Source: Acidobacteriota bacterium (lineage in GTDB: Bacteria > Acidobacteriota > Blastocatellia > Pyrinomonadales > Pyrinomonadaceae). From it: 64,000 bases of DNA. The position numbers and the translations under genes are program-made. Shown here in pieces: positions 14,816 to 23,584 of the stretch. Every line of letters begins with the position of its first letter. The first letter of the stretch is position 1. Below the pieces are notes generated by a model that made no database searches, was not told the origin of the DNA, and saw only the letters and a list, made by a program, of their open reading frames with translations. The stretch covers positions 87,557 to 151,556 of the forward strand of contig JAVXVG010000017.1 of the NCBI GenBank assembly GCA_032229975.1, read 5' to 3'.

Positions 14816-14890
14816 GGGTCGGTAGCTTAACTCGGCAAAAGCGACAGTCCTGCAAACTGTTAGATGTGAGTTCGAATCTCACCCGATCCA
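14816..14890 (+). tRNA. tRNA-Ala(TGC), C33 variant
   Basis: Acceptor GGGTCGG/CCGATCC contains the G3:U70 Ala identity pair. Anticodon arm ACAGT-CCTGCAA-ACTGT, T-arm GTGAGTTCGAATCTCAC. Confidence 0.85.
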
Positions 14891-14991
14891 TTACTCGTGC
14901 GAAAAATTATCGTGGACGCTACTTCGCGCGCCGCGCATTTGCTAACATCGCGCCAACGCTCTGCGATCATAAACGTGCGGACTTCAATGCG

Positions 14992-15882
14992 ATGGAGATC
15001 AAGATCAAAACGCCGCCCGACTTCAACTTCAAGCGCACCGCGCTCAGCCACGGCTGGAGCGATCTCGCGCCCTTCAAGCTCAACGACGAGTTCTCCATCC
15101 TCACGCGCATCGTCGATCTCGGCGCGAGGTCGAAGCCCATCGCCGTGAAGATCGCTGGCGCGAAACACGGCTTGCGTGTGAGCTTCGAGGGCGAGTTATC
15201 CGCGCAGTCGCTCGTTAAGCTCAAACGCGACGTGCGCCACATGATGCGACTCGACGACGGACTCGATCCCTTCTACGCCGCGCTCGCGCGTGAGCCCGCT
15301 TTCGCTTGGGTGGCCCGCGCGGGCGCGGGCCGTCTGCTGCGTGCGCCGACGGTCTTCGAGGACTTGGTCAAGTCTCTGGCGACGACGAACTGCTCTTGGT
15401 CGCTCACGAAGATCATGATCTCGCGTCTCGTCGAAAATCTCGGCCGCCCCGCGCGCGGCGGCGGCCACACGTTCCCCACGCCCGCCGCGATGGCCGAAGC
15501 TCCCGAAAAATTCTTTCGCGAAGAGATGCGCTCCGGCTACCGCGCGCCCTACTTCACAGAACTCGCCGAGCGCGTCGCCTCCGGCGAGATCGATGTAGAA
15601 AGCTGGCTCACATCAGAACTCTCGACAGATGAACTCAAGCGCGCGATGAAGCGCGTCAAGGGCATCGGCGACTATGCGGCTGAGAACTTGTTGAAGCTCG
15701 TCGGTCGCTACGACGTGCTGGCCCTCGACTCTTGGGTGCGCGCAACCTACGCGCGCATCCACAATAAGGGTCGCGCCGCCGCCGACAAAAAGATCGCACG
15801 CCACTACTCGCGCTTTCAAGAATGGCGCGGTCTCGCACTCTGGTGCGACATGACGAAGGACTGGATCGAAGATGAACGATGA
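14992..15882 (+). CDS. HhH-GPD superfamily DNA glycosylase (AlkA/Ogg-like)
   Basis: Start is reset to MEIKIKTPP because the ORF-track start overlaps tRNA-Ala. HhH-GPD region ...LKRAMKRVKGIGDYAAENLLKLVGRYDVLALDSW. Confidence 0.75.
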   Translation: MEIKIKTPPDFNFKRTALSHGWSDLAPFKLNDEFSILTRIVDLGARSKPIAVKIAGAKHGLRVSFEGELSAQSLVKLKRDVRHMMRLDDGLDPFYAALAREPAFAWVARAGAGRLLRAPTVFEDLVKSLATTNCSWSLTKIMISRLVENLGRPARGGGHTFPTPAAMAEAPEKFFREEMRSGYRAPYFTELAERVASGEIDVESWLTSELSTDELKRAMKRVKGIGDYAAENLLKLVGRYDVLALDSWVRATYARIHNKGRAAADKKIARHYSRFQEWRGLALWCDMTKDWIEDER

Positions 15883-15956
15883 AGTAGAAACGATGAACGA
15901 TGAAGTATGAACAGGCCGACTGCATCGTTCGTCGTTCATCGCTCAGACTTCATCAT
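15871..15956. repeat. Hairpin repeat family B, full copy between convergent genes
   Basis: GATGAACGATGAAGT occurs twice (15871-15885 and 15892-15906), followed by GGCCGACTGC and imperfect inverted copies ...CGTTCATCGCTCAGACTTCATCAT. It overlaps both flanking stop codons. Confidence 0.7.
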
Positions 15957-16604
15957 TTCCTGTCCTGTCGGGCAGAGATCAAGTAGGAAGCACTCGGCGC
16001 AGAGCGGCGTGCGGGCTTTGCAGACGGCGCGGCCGTGCGCGATGAGCAGATGTGAGAAGTCGATCCACTCCTTCTGCGGAATGAGTTCGCAGAGGTCTTG
16101 TTCGATCTTTTCCGGCTGTACTTCGGCGGTGAGTCCGAGTCGCTGCGAGAGGCGCGAGACGTGCGTATCAACGACGACGCCGGACGCGATGCAGTAAGCG
16201 TTGCCGAGCACGACGTTCGCCGTCTTGCGCGCCACGCCGGGCAGTTGCAACAACTCTTCCATCGTTTCGGGAACGCGCCCCTCGTGTCGCTCCAAGATCA
16301 TCTTGCACGCGCCCTGAATGGCCCTCGCCTTGTTGCGAAAAAAACCCGTCGAGCGTATGTCCTGCTCAAGCTCCTCTTGGGCCACCTTCAAGTAATCATC
16401 CGCACGACGATACTTGCGAAACAGATCGGCGGTAACGATGTTCACGCGCTCGTCCGTGCACTGCGCCGAGAGGATCGTGGCGACGAGAAGTTCGAGCGGG
16501 CTCGCATGATTCAGCGAACAGCGCGCGTCCGGGTAATTTTTTTTGAGGCGGCCCGTGATCTTACGCGCGCGTTTCCTCTCTTCGCTCAACTTCTCTCCAC
16601 TCAT
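15936..16604 (-). CDS. nth: endonuclease III
   Basis: 222 aa. LVATILSAQCTDERVN, the HhH motif and the C-terminal 4Fe-4S cluster C-x6-C-x2-C-x5-C (CKARTPLCAECFLLDLC). Confidence 0.95.
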   Translation of the reverse strand: MSGEKLSEERKRARKITGRLKKNYPDARCSLNHASPLELLVATILSAQCTDERVNIVTADLFRKYRRADDYLKVAQEELEQDIRSTGFFRNKARAIQGACKMILERHEGRVPETMEELLQLPGVARKTANVVLGNAYCIASGVVVDTHVSRLSQRLGLTAEVQPEKIEQDLCELIPQKEWIDFSHLLIAHGRAVCKARTPLCAECFLLDLCPTGQEMMKSER

Positions 16605-17536
16605 CGCAATTGCTTCCCTTCCTCTTCGTTCAACGCCACAGCGATCCGCGTCGCAACTCTCGCGTTCGATTCAAGCAGCGCGAGGTTCGCGCGCAGCGTC
16701 GCTCCGTCGCTGCGCTCGGCAATGCGCGTCAGAAGAAACGGCGTCAGCTCGCGCCCGACGATGCCCTGTCGCGCTGCCTCTTCTAACGCCTCGACGAGCG
16801 CGTCTTCGACGACGTGATGCGGCACTTGATCCTCTACGGGCACGGGCACGGTGATGAGCAGTGCGCCCATCATGCCCAACTCACGACGCGAGCGCGCAAG
16901 CGCACAAACTTCCGCAGGCGTGTCGCAGCGCGCATCAACGGGCAGCCCCGAAGTGCGCGTGTAGAAGGCCGGCATCTCGTCGCATTCGTAGCCGACGACC
17001 GTCACGCCATGCGTCTCCAGCCACTCGCGCGTCGCAGGAAGATCGAGGACGCTCTTCGCCCCTGAGCAGACGACTGCGGCGAGGCCCGTGCGCGCGAGTT
17101 CGGGCAGGTCTGCGGAAACGTCTGGCAGCGTGCCGCGATGAATGCCGCCGATGCCGCCCGTGGCGAAGACCGAAAGGCCCGCGCGCGCCGCGATGAATGT
17201 GGTTGACGCGACTGTCGTCGCGCCGTCCCACGCGCGCGCGAGGGCCACTGGTAGATCGCGCGTGCTCAGTTTGTGAATCGATTGAGCGTTGGCGACGTGT
17301 TCGAGTTGATCCGCGCTCAGGCCGACGCACAATTTGCCGCCGAGCACGGCTACAGTTGCGGGCGTCGCGCCTTCCTCGCGCACGATCTGTTCGAGTCGCC
17401 GCGCGGTCTCGATATTTTGTGGACGCGGCAGGCCGTGCGCGATGACAGTCGATTCGAGCGCGACGACCGCGCGTCGCTCATGCAGGGCCGCTTCAACTTC
17501 GGGGCTGAAGCTCAAGAGTTCGGGGTTAGACATCAA
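16601..17536 (-). CDS. psuG: pseudouridine-5'-phosphate glycosidase
   Basis: 311 aa. ALESTVIAHGLPRPQN...ATVAVLGGK..VGL and GGIGGIHRG motifs. The stop overlaps the nth start by 4 nt. Confidence 0.9.
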   Translation of the reverse strand: MMSNPELLSFSPEVEAALHERRAVVALESTVIAHGLPRPQNIETARRLEQIVREEGATPATVAVLGGKLCVGLSADQLEHVANAQSIHKLSTRDLPVALARAWDGATTVASTTFIAARAGLSVFATGGIGGIHRGTLPDVSADLPELARTGLAAVVCSGAKSVLDLPATREWLETHGVTVVGYECDEMPAFYTRTSGLPVDARCDTPAEVCALARSRRELGMMGALLITVPVPVEDQVPHHVVEDALVEALEEAARQGIVGRELTPFLLTRIAERSDGATLRANLALLESNARVATRIAVALNEEEGKQLR

Positions 17537-17614
17537 GCGGGATTCTAGCAGAATGGGATTAACGAGTGTTGCGCATGAGGCGGATAGGATTCACCACAGA
17601 GAGTTGAATTAGGG

Positions 17615-17692
17615 ACGATGAACGATGAAGTGAAGACGGACTGCTCTTACTTCATCGTTCATCGTTCAGACTTCATCGTTTGCTTCGCGTTC
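17615..17692. repeat. Hairpin repeat family B, full copy
   Basis: Perfect 17-bp inverted repeat ACGATGAACGATGAAGT (17615-17631) / ACTTCATCGTTCATCGT (17649-17665). The loop contains CGGACTGC and is followed by CAGACTTCATCGTTT. Confidence 0.8.
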
Positions 17693-17755
17693 TCTGCGTC
17701 TCTGCGGTGAATCTTGATCACGCTAACGCTCAAGTCGAAGTGAGCCTGCTCCCAC

Positions 17756-20700
17756 TCACTGATTACCGCCCGGCACAGTTGGCGGCTTAACGACGACAGC
17801 AGGAATGTCAGCGTCGCGCACGAGTTTATTGAACGCAGGCAGGTCGGTCTTCATCACCTGATCGAGCCTTTGCAGTTGCGCGTTGATCTTTCCCGTCAGG
17901 TCTTCATAGATCGAGTAAGACTGCTCCGTCGGCGCATCGTCGGAGCCGGCGACCGTGCCGCCGAGCGCGGCAAGTTTGTTGTTCAAGCGGATCGGGAAGT
18001 TGAGCGGGTCTTGACTGCTCTGATTCTTCGTCTGGTAAAGCTCCTCTTCAATCGCCGTCATCTTCGCGTTCAGGCCCTTCGCCGCGTCCACGATCTTCTG
18101 CGCTGAGGGCTGGCCCTGCACGCGCTTCTGCAAGTCTTCGAGTTGCGCGCGCACTTGACGAATCTGGATGATCGCTTTGTGCGTCTCTGAAACCTTGTCG
18201 CGAATCTTCAACAGCAGATCGAGTTGCTTGGCGAAGTCGGCTTGCGTCGTCGTCTCGCGCGGGTCTTTCTTCACCTCGAAGGTCTGCGTCTGCGTCTGGC
18301 CGTTGGCGGTGAGACGGACGGTGTAAGTTCCGGGGATGATGCGGGGACCCTGCGTGCCCGCCGCCCACATGATCAAGCCGGGGAACGTTGCGGCATCAGC
18401 GTAGTGCATATTCCAGATGAAGCGATTGAGGCCGGGCGCAGTCGTCACGCGCGGAGGGCCACCCCTGAACGCGAACTGTTCCGATTCTTCGCCCGAAGGC
18501 GCAGAGGGTTGTTCGGGCGGACGCTGCACCTGCGCCGCGCCGGGCGCGGGAGTGGGAGCAGGCTTCGGCGCGGCTGCCGTGTACTTCTGGATCGACTTGC
18601 CCGATGCGTCTAAGAACTCAAGCACGACATCCGTTGTCGGTCGCGACTTGAGATAGTAATAGACGACCGCGCCGTTCGGCGGGTTCGCTCCGATGGGCGC
18701 GCCCGCAGGGACGAAGCCGCCGCCGCCGTCCATGCGATACGTGTCTTTCGGTCTGAAGAGTTTCGCGTCGGGCAGATTCGTGAGCGTACCGCCCGCGTCC
18801 ATGATCTGTTGCAGCACCGGCAGGTCGTCGAGGATGTAGAAGGAGCGGCCCTGCGTCGCGGCGATCAACTCTTGCTCGCGTTTATGAATGACAAGATCGG
18901 TGATCGGCACAACGGGCAGATTCAACTGGAGCGATTGCCACGAGTCGCCGTCGTTGAAGGAGACGTACATGCCCGTCTCCGTGCCCGCGTACAAGAGTCC
19001 TTTCTTGTTCGGGTCTTCGCGCACGACGCGGGTGAATGCGCCGTCGGGGATGCCGTTCGTGATCTTCTTCCAGGACTTGCCGTAGTCGCTCGTCTTGTAG
19101 AGATAGGGCCGGTAGTCGTCGAACTTGTACATCGTCGCTGCGACGTAAGCCGTGCCCGCGTCAAACGAAGAGGCGTCAATCGAGTTGATCTGAATCCATT
19201 CCGGTATCCCCTTCGGCGTCACGTTCTCCCAACGTCCGCCACCGTCCTGCGTGACGTGAACTAGACCGTCGTCCGATCCGGCCCACATGACACCGGCCTT
19301 CACAGGCGATTCCATCAACGTGAAGATCGTGTCGTAATACTCGATGGTCGTGTTGTCTTTCGTGATGGGGCCACCCGAAGAGGCCTGCTTCGTCTTGTCG
19401 TTGCGCGTGAGGTCTGGGCTGATGACTTTCCAACTCTGCCCCTCATCCGTCGATTTGAAGACGACTTGCGCGCCCGCGTAGAGCGCGTTTGGATCGTGCG
19501 GCGACGTGATGATGGGGAAGTTCCATTGGAAGCGATATTTTTGCACGTCCGCGCCCGCGCCCATCGGATTGTCCGGGTAGGGCGACACTTCGCGCAGTTG
19601 CCCGTTGTGATGGTTGTAGCGCGTGATGAGCCCGCCGTAGCTGCCCGCATAAATGATGTCAGAGTCTTTCGGCGAAGGCTGTATCCAGCCGGACTCGCCG
19701 CCGCCCACGTCGTACCAGTCGCGTTCCGTGATGCCGAAGTCAGTTGTGCGCGAGGCGATCTTGACAGTCGAGTTGTCCTGCTGCGCGCCATAGACGTGAT
19801 AGGGAAAATCGTTATCGACAGCGACGCGATAGAATTGCGCGGTCGCTTGATCCTGATCCGTCCAAGTGCGACCGCCGTTGAAGGAGACGTTCGCGCCGCC
19901 GTCGTTCGATTCGATCATGCGCTGCGCATCATTCGATGCGATCCAGAGATCGTGATTGTCACCATGCGGCACGCCGATGCCGGTGAACGTGCGGCCGCCG
20001 TCGTTCGACTTGTAGAAGCCGGTGTTGAGAACATAGACCGTGTCGGCGTTCTGCGGATCGGCGTAGATGCGCGAGTAGTACCACGCGCGCTGTCGCAGGT
20101 TGCGCTGCTCGTTCGTCTTCTGCCACGTGCGCCCGCCGTTGTCAGAGCGAAACACTCCGCCGTCCTCGGCTTCGATGATGGCCCACACGCGATCAGGGTT
20201 CGCGGGCGAGACGGCGACGCCACTGATGCCCGTCGTGCCGCGCGGCAGACCAGCGTTGCGCGTTACTTCAGTCCAAGTGTCGCCGCCGTCGGTCGTCTTG
20301 AAAATTCCACTGCCGGGGCCACCCGACTCCAGAGTCCACGGCTTGCGATTCACTTCCCAGAACGAAGCGTAGAGCACGTTCGGGTTCGTCGCATCCATCG
20401 CGAGATCGCACGCGCCCGCGAGGTTGCTGCGGAAGAGAACTTTCTCCCAAGTCTTCCCGCCGTCCTTCGAGCGAAACACTCCGCGCTGTTCGTTCGGAGC
20501 CCAGACGTGGCCCTGCGCCGCGACGTAAACGAGATCGGGATTGCGCGGGTGAACTCTCACGCGCGAAATCTGTCGCGTGTCTTCGAGCCCCACCCTTTTC
20601 CAAGTGCGTCCCGCATCCATCGACTTGTAAACGCCGTCGCCGTGCGAGACGTTGCCGCGAATCGGCGACTCGCCCATGCCGACATAGACGACGTTCGGAT

Positions 20701-21049
20701 CGGAATCAGCGACTCCAATCGCGCCGACCGATCCAGTGTTGAAGAAGCCGTCGCTGACGGGCTCCCAGTTCACGCCGCCATCGGTCGTCTTCCACAAGCC
20801 GCCGCCGGTTGCGCCGAAGTAATAGACCATCGGCTGCGAAGGCACGCCCGCCACCGCCGTCACGCGACCGCCGCGCGAGGGCCCAATGTTGCGCCATTGA
20901 AGCAGGCGCAGAGGGCTTGCGTTGCGGCCCTCTGCTTGCGGCTGCGCGGGCGGCGCAACGTTGCGCGTCTGCGCGAAGGCCGGAAGATTGAATAGCAGAG
21001 AGACGACCAAGAAACAGAGAGGGATGAATCGACGACTCACTTTCAGCAT
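17756..21049 (-). CDS. secreted sortilin/VPS10-type BNR (Asp-box) repeat protein
   Basis: 1097 aa with a signal peptide. Many S-x-D-x-G-x-T-W boxes (TTDGGVNWE, SMDAGRTWK, SKDGGKTWE, TTDGGDTWT, SDNGGRTWQ, SNDGGRTF and others). Confidence 0.8.
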   Translation of the reverse strand: MLKVSRRFIPLCFLVVSLLFNLPAFAQTRNVAPPAQPQAEGRNASPLRLLQWRNIGPSRGGRVTAVAGVPSQPMVYYFGATGGGLWKTTDGGVNWEPVSDGFFNTGSVGAIGVADSDPNVVYVGMGESPIRGNVSHGDGVYKSMDAGRTWKRVGLEDTRQISRVRVHPRNPDLVYVAAQGHVWAPNEQRGVFRSKDGGKTWEKVLFRSNLAGACDLAMDATNPNVLYASFWEVNRKPWTLESGGPGSGIFKTTDGGDTWTEVTRNAGLPRGTTGISGVAVSPANPDRVWAIIEAEDGGVFRSDNGGRTWQKTNEQRNLRQRAWYYSRIYADPQNADTVYVLNTGFYKSNDGGRTFTGIGVPHGDNHDLWIASNDAQRMIESNDGGANVSFNGGRTWTDQDQATAQFYRVAVDNDFPYHVYGAQQDNSTVKIASRTTDFGITERDWYDVGGGESGWIQPSPKDSDIIYAGSYGGLITRYNHHNGQLREVSPYPDNPMGAGADVQKYRFQWNFPIITSPHDPNALYAGAQVVFKSTDEGQSWKVISPDLTRNDKTKQASSGGPITKDNTTIEYYDTIFTLMESPVKAGVMWAGSDDGLVHVTQDGGGRWENVTPKGIPEWIQINSIDASSFDAGTAYVAATMYKFDDYRPYLYKTSDYGKSWKKITNGIPDGAFTRVVREDPNKKGLLYAGTETGMYVSFNDGDSWQSLQLNLPVVPITDLVIHKREQELIAATQGRSFYILDDLPVLQQIMDAGGTLTNLPDAKLFRPKDTYRMDGGGGFVPAGAPIGANPPNGAVVYYYLKSRPTTDVVLEFLDASGKSIQKYTAAAPKPAPTPAPGAAQVQRPPEQPSAPSGEESEQFAFRGGPPRVTTAPGLNRFIWNMHYADAATFPGLIMWAAGTQGPRIIPGTYTVRLTANGQTQTQTFEVKKDPRETTTQADFAKQLDLLLKIRDKVSETHKAIIQIRQVRAQLEDLQKRVQGQPSAQKIVDAAKGLNAKMTAIEEELYQTKNQSSQDPLNFPIRLNNKLAALGGTVAGSDDAPTEQSYSIYEDLTGKINAQLQRLDQVMKTDLPAFNKLVRDADIPAVVVKPPTVPGGNQ

Positions 21050-21200
21050 TGCTTACGGCTCCTTCGAATTTCAAATTGACGTTTGATGCGGGACGCGAAA
21101 CTCGTTAACAACGATGTGCGTTCGTTCCTACGTTCGGCTGCGCCGCGAGTTTCAGGCGCTTGTCGAACCACTCAAGATGCAGGTTGCGTCTTATCGTTCG

Positions 21201-23276
21201 TTATCTCTTCAAGTGTCTGTCGAAAAAGTCCGCCGTGGCGTGATAAGCCTGAACCCAATGATCGTGGCGCAGGAAGTCGTGCACCTCGTCAGGAAAAATT
21301 AACTGCTCGAACTCGACGCCCTGATCGCGCAGACGGCGCACGAGCATGACCGTCTGACTGAAGGCGACGTTGCGATCATCATCGCCGTGGATCAAGAGCA
21401 CGGGCGACTTCCACTTATCGACCGACGCAATCGGCGAAGACTCGCGGGCCAGCCGCGTGCGTTCCGGCTGGTCAAGTGAAACACGCAGGCCCGCAACCGG
21501 GCTGCTCCAATCATGCACGCCATGAAAGTCAACGCCTGCGGCGAAGATGTCGGAGTTGCGCGCAAGTCCCAACGCCGTTAGGTAGCCGCCGTATGAGCCG
21601 CCCCACAGACCGATCCGTTTGTCGTCAACTTCCGCGCGCGAGCGCAGGTACTTCGCTCCCGCGACCACGTCCTGATACTCGCTCGCGCCACGCGCGCCCC
21701 TGCGCTGCGCCTCTCTGAAAGTGCGGCCATAGCCGATGCCGCTACGATAGTTGACCGACAAGACCTCGTAGCCACGGCTCGCGAGATACTGATTCATCGC
21801 GTAGGAGTTGTGATAGTAGTAGAGATAGTGGAAGCCGAGGAGCATCTGGCGAATGGGGCCCCCGTGCATGAAGACAAGCGCGGGAATTTTTCTCGCTACA
21901 TTTCGCGGCTTGAACAACTGGCCGTGAATCTCCAAACCATCCGTCGCTTTGAAGACGACTTGCTCAGGCACGACTAACTGCGCCGAAGGAAAATCTTTCG
22001 GCAGAGCTTGCGGCGCGAGTTGTCTCATGTTCGAGCCGTCAGCATTAGCGACGAAGGGTAGGAACGGATCGCGCGCGGTCGAATGGAAGAAGGCCATCTG
22101 CTTGCCGCCGTTCAACGCGACCGGATACATCTCTATGCCGTCGCCGCTCGTCAACTGTCGCACCTCGCCGCCCGACGCGGCGACGCTGAAGAGGTGGCGA
22201 CGATCAACGTCGCCTTTGTTCGACGAGAAGATGAGCGCGGATTTATCAGGCGTCGCGGTGACGTTCTCCACTTCGTAGTCGCCCGGCGTGAGCAGCATCG
22301 CATCACCGCCTGTCGAAGCAACCGAGTAGAGGTGTCGCCATCCGTCCTTCTCCGATGCGAAGATGATGCGTCCATTCGCCGCCCACTCGAGCGATTGGCC
22401 GCCGCCGGAGAACGACTCCATCCACGTCGGGCCTGACTTCCAAATCTCTCGGCCTTCGCCTGTCGCTGCATCGACGATCCAGATCGACCACGGCTGCACG
22501 CGCTCGTGATCCGCCGTCTGCGTATCCGAGACGTTATAGAGGCGTATGAAGGCGACGCGACGACCGTCGGGCGAGAAGTGCGGCGACACGTCGCGGTCGA
22601 TGCTCGGCTGGACGAGTCGAATGCGATTGGCGCGCGGATCGTAGAGCGAGATGAAAGCATGATCGCCGCGCGCGCTACTGAAGACGAGCGATGAGCCATC
22701 GGGCGACCACTCAGCATCGTTGACACCGCCGCGCATCTCGAAAAGTTTTCGCTCCTTGCCACCGGCCCTCGGCACGCTCCATAAATGATCTTCGCGACTG
22801 TAGATGACGGCATCGCCCGCGCGCGTGAAGAAGGGCGAGTTGCCTTCGCCCATGCGCGTGAGAGCGCCCGTGCGTGTGTCTGCGATCCAGACTTCTTGCT
22901 TCGCACCCGCCGGATCGCTCGTCGGGTTCGGCGCTTCGCCCGCTTGATTCTTCTCCTGCCCGCGCGTGTAAGCGATGAAGCGTCCATCTTCTGAGAAGAC
23001 GAGATCGGTGATCTCCTGCCCGTCATCGACGGCGTAGCGCGTCAGTTGATGGCCGCGCCAAGCGGGCCCGTCGGCGATCCAGACGTTGCGTCGGCCCTCT
23101 GCGTCGAAGACCCATGCAACGCGGTCGCCGCGCTTTGTGGCGACGGGCTCCGAAGGGAAAGGCGAACTCAACACCTGTTCGAGCGTGAACGATTGCGCGC
23201 GCGCTACGTTGATCGTTGCACAGAGACAGACGAGAGCGAGCAGCAACCGGCGCGCGAAGCGGCGGGAAGTTGACAT
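21201..23276 (-). CDS. S9-family serine peptidase (beta-propeller plus alpha/beta hydrolase)
   Basis: Start at MSTSRRFARRLLL with RBS GGAGGAG. Nucleophile motif GLWGGSYGGYL, and distal D and H in the GDDD...HDF region. Confidence 0.85.
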   Translation of the reverse strand: MSTSRRFARRLLLALVCLCATINVARAQSFTLEQVLSSPFPSEPVATKRGDRVAWVFDAEGRRNVWIADGPAWRGHQLTRYAVDDGQEITDLVFSEDGRFIAYTRGQEKNQAGEAPNPTSDPAGAKQEVWIADTRTGALTRMGEGNSPFFTRAGDAVIYSREDHLWSVPRAGGKERKLFEMRGGVNDAEWSPDGSSLVFSSARGDHAFISLYDPRANRIRLVQPSIDRDVSPHFSPDGRRVAFIRLYNVSDTQTADHERVQPWSIWIVDAATGEGREIWKSGPTWMESFSGGGQSLEWAANGRIIFASEKDGWRHLYSVASTGGDAMLLTPGDYEVENVTATPDKSALIFSSNKGDVDRRHLFSVAASGGEVRQLTSGDGIEMYPVALNGGKQMAFFHSTARDPFLPFVANADGSNMRQLAPQALPKDFPSAQLVVPEQVVFKATDGLEIHGQLFKPRNVARKIPALVFMHGGPIRQMLLGFHYLYYYHNSYAMNQYLASRGYEVLSVNYRSGIGYGRTFREAQRRGARGASEYQDVVAGAKYLRSRAEVDDKRIGLWGGSYGGYLTALGLARNSDIFAAGVDFHGVHDWSSPVAGLRVSLDQPERTRLARESSPIASVDKWKSPVLLIHGDDDRNVAFSQTVMLVRRLRDQGVEFEQLIFPDEVHDFLRHDHWVQAYHATADFFDRHLKR

Positions 23277-23452
23277 GAGTCTCCTCCGTTTAAATTGGAA
23301 GGCTGTGCCGGAACGAGAGCCAGATTTATAACCCAACGTGTGTCGCCAAGACTAGCAGAACTTTTCGCGACGCGCACGCATGATGCGCGCACAATCTTTA
23401 ACCTCGCGCTTCAACTGATACGCGACTCACGCGATGCGGAATTGAAATGCAA

Positions 23453-23484
23453 GAGGGGCGCGCCACGTGTGCGGCGCGCCCCTC
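23453..23484 (-). terminator. terminator hairpin downstream of the 1025-aa LTD protein gene
   Basis: 12-bp stem GAGGGGCGCGCC/GGCGCGCCCCTC. On the minus strand it is followed by TTGCATTT. Confidence 0.5.
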
Positions 23485-23584
23485 CCGTTTATCTCTTCAT
23501 GTGCGAGCTTGAGATTTCACAGTCTCGCACGTGAGCTAGTGATGTGATGTGCGGCGGGTGAATCATGAGCCCGCCGCGCTGGTT

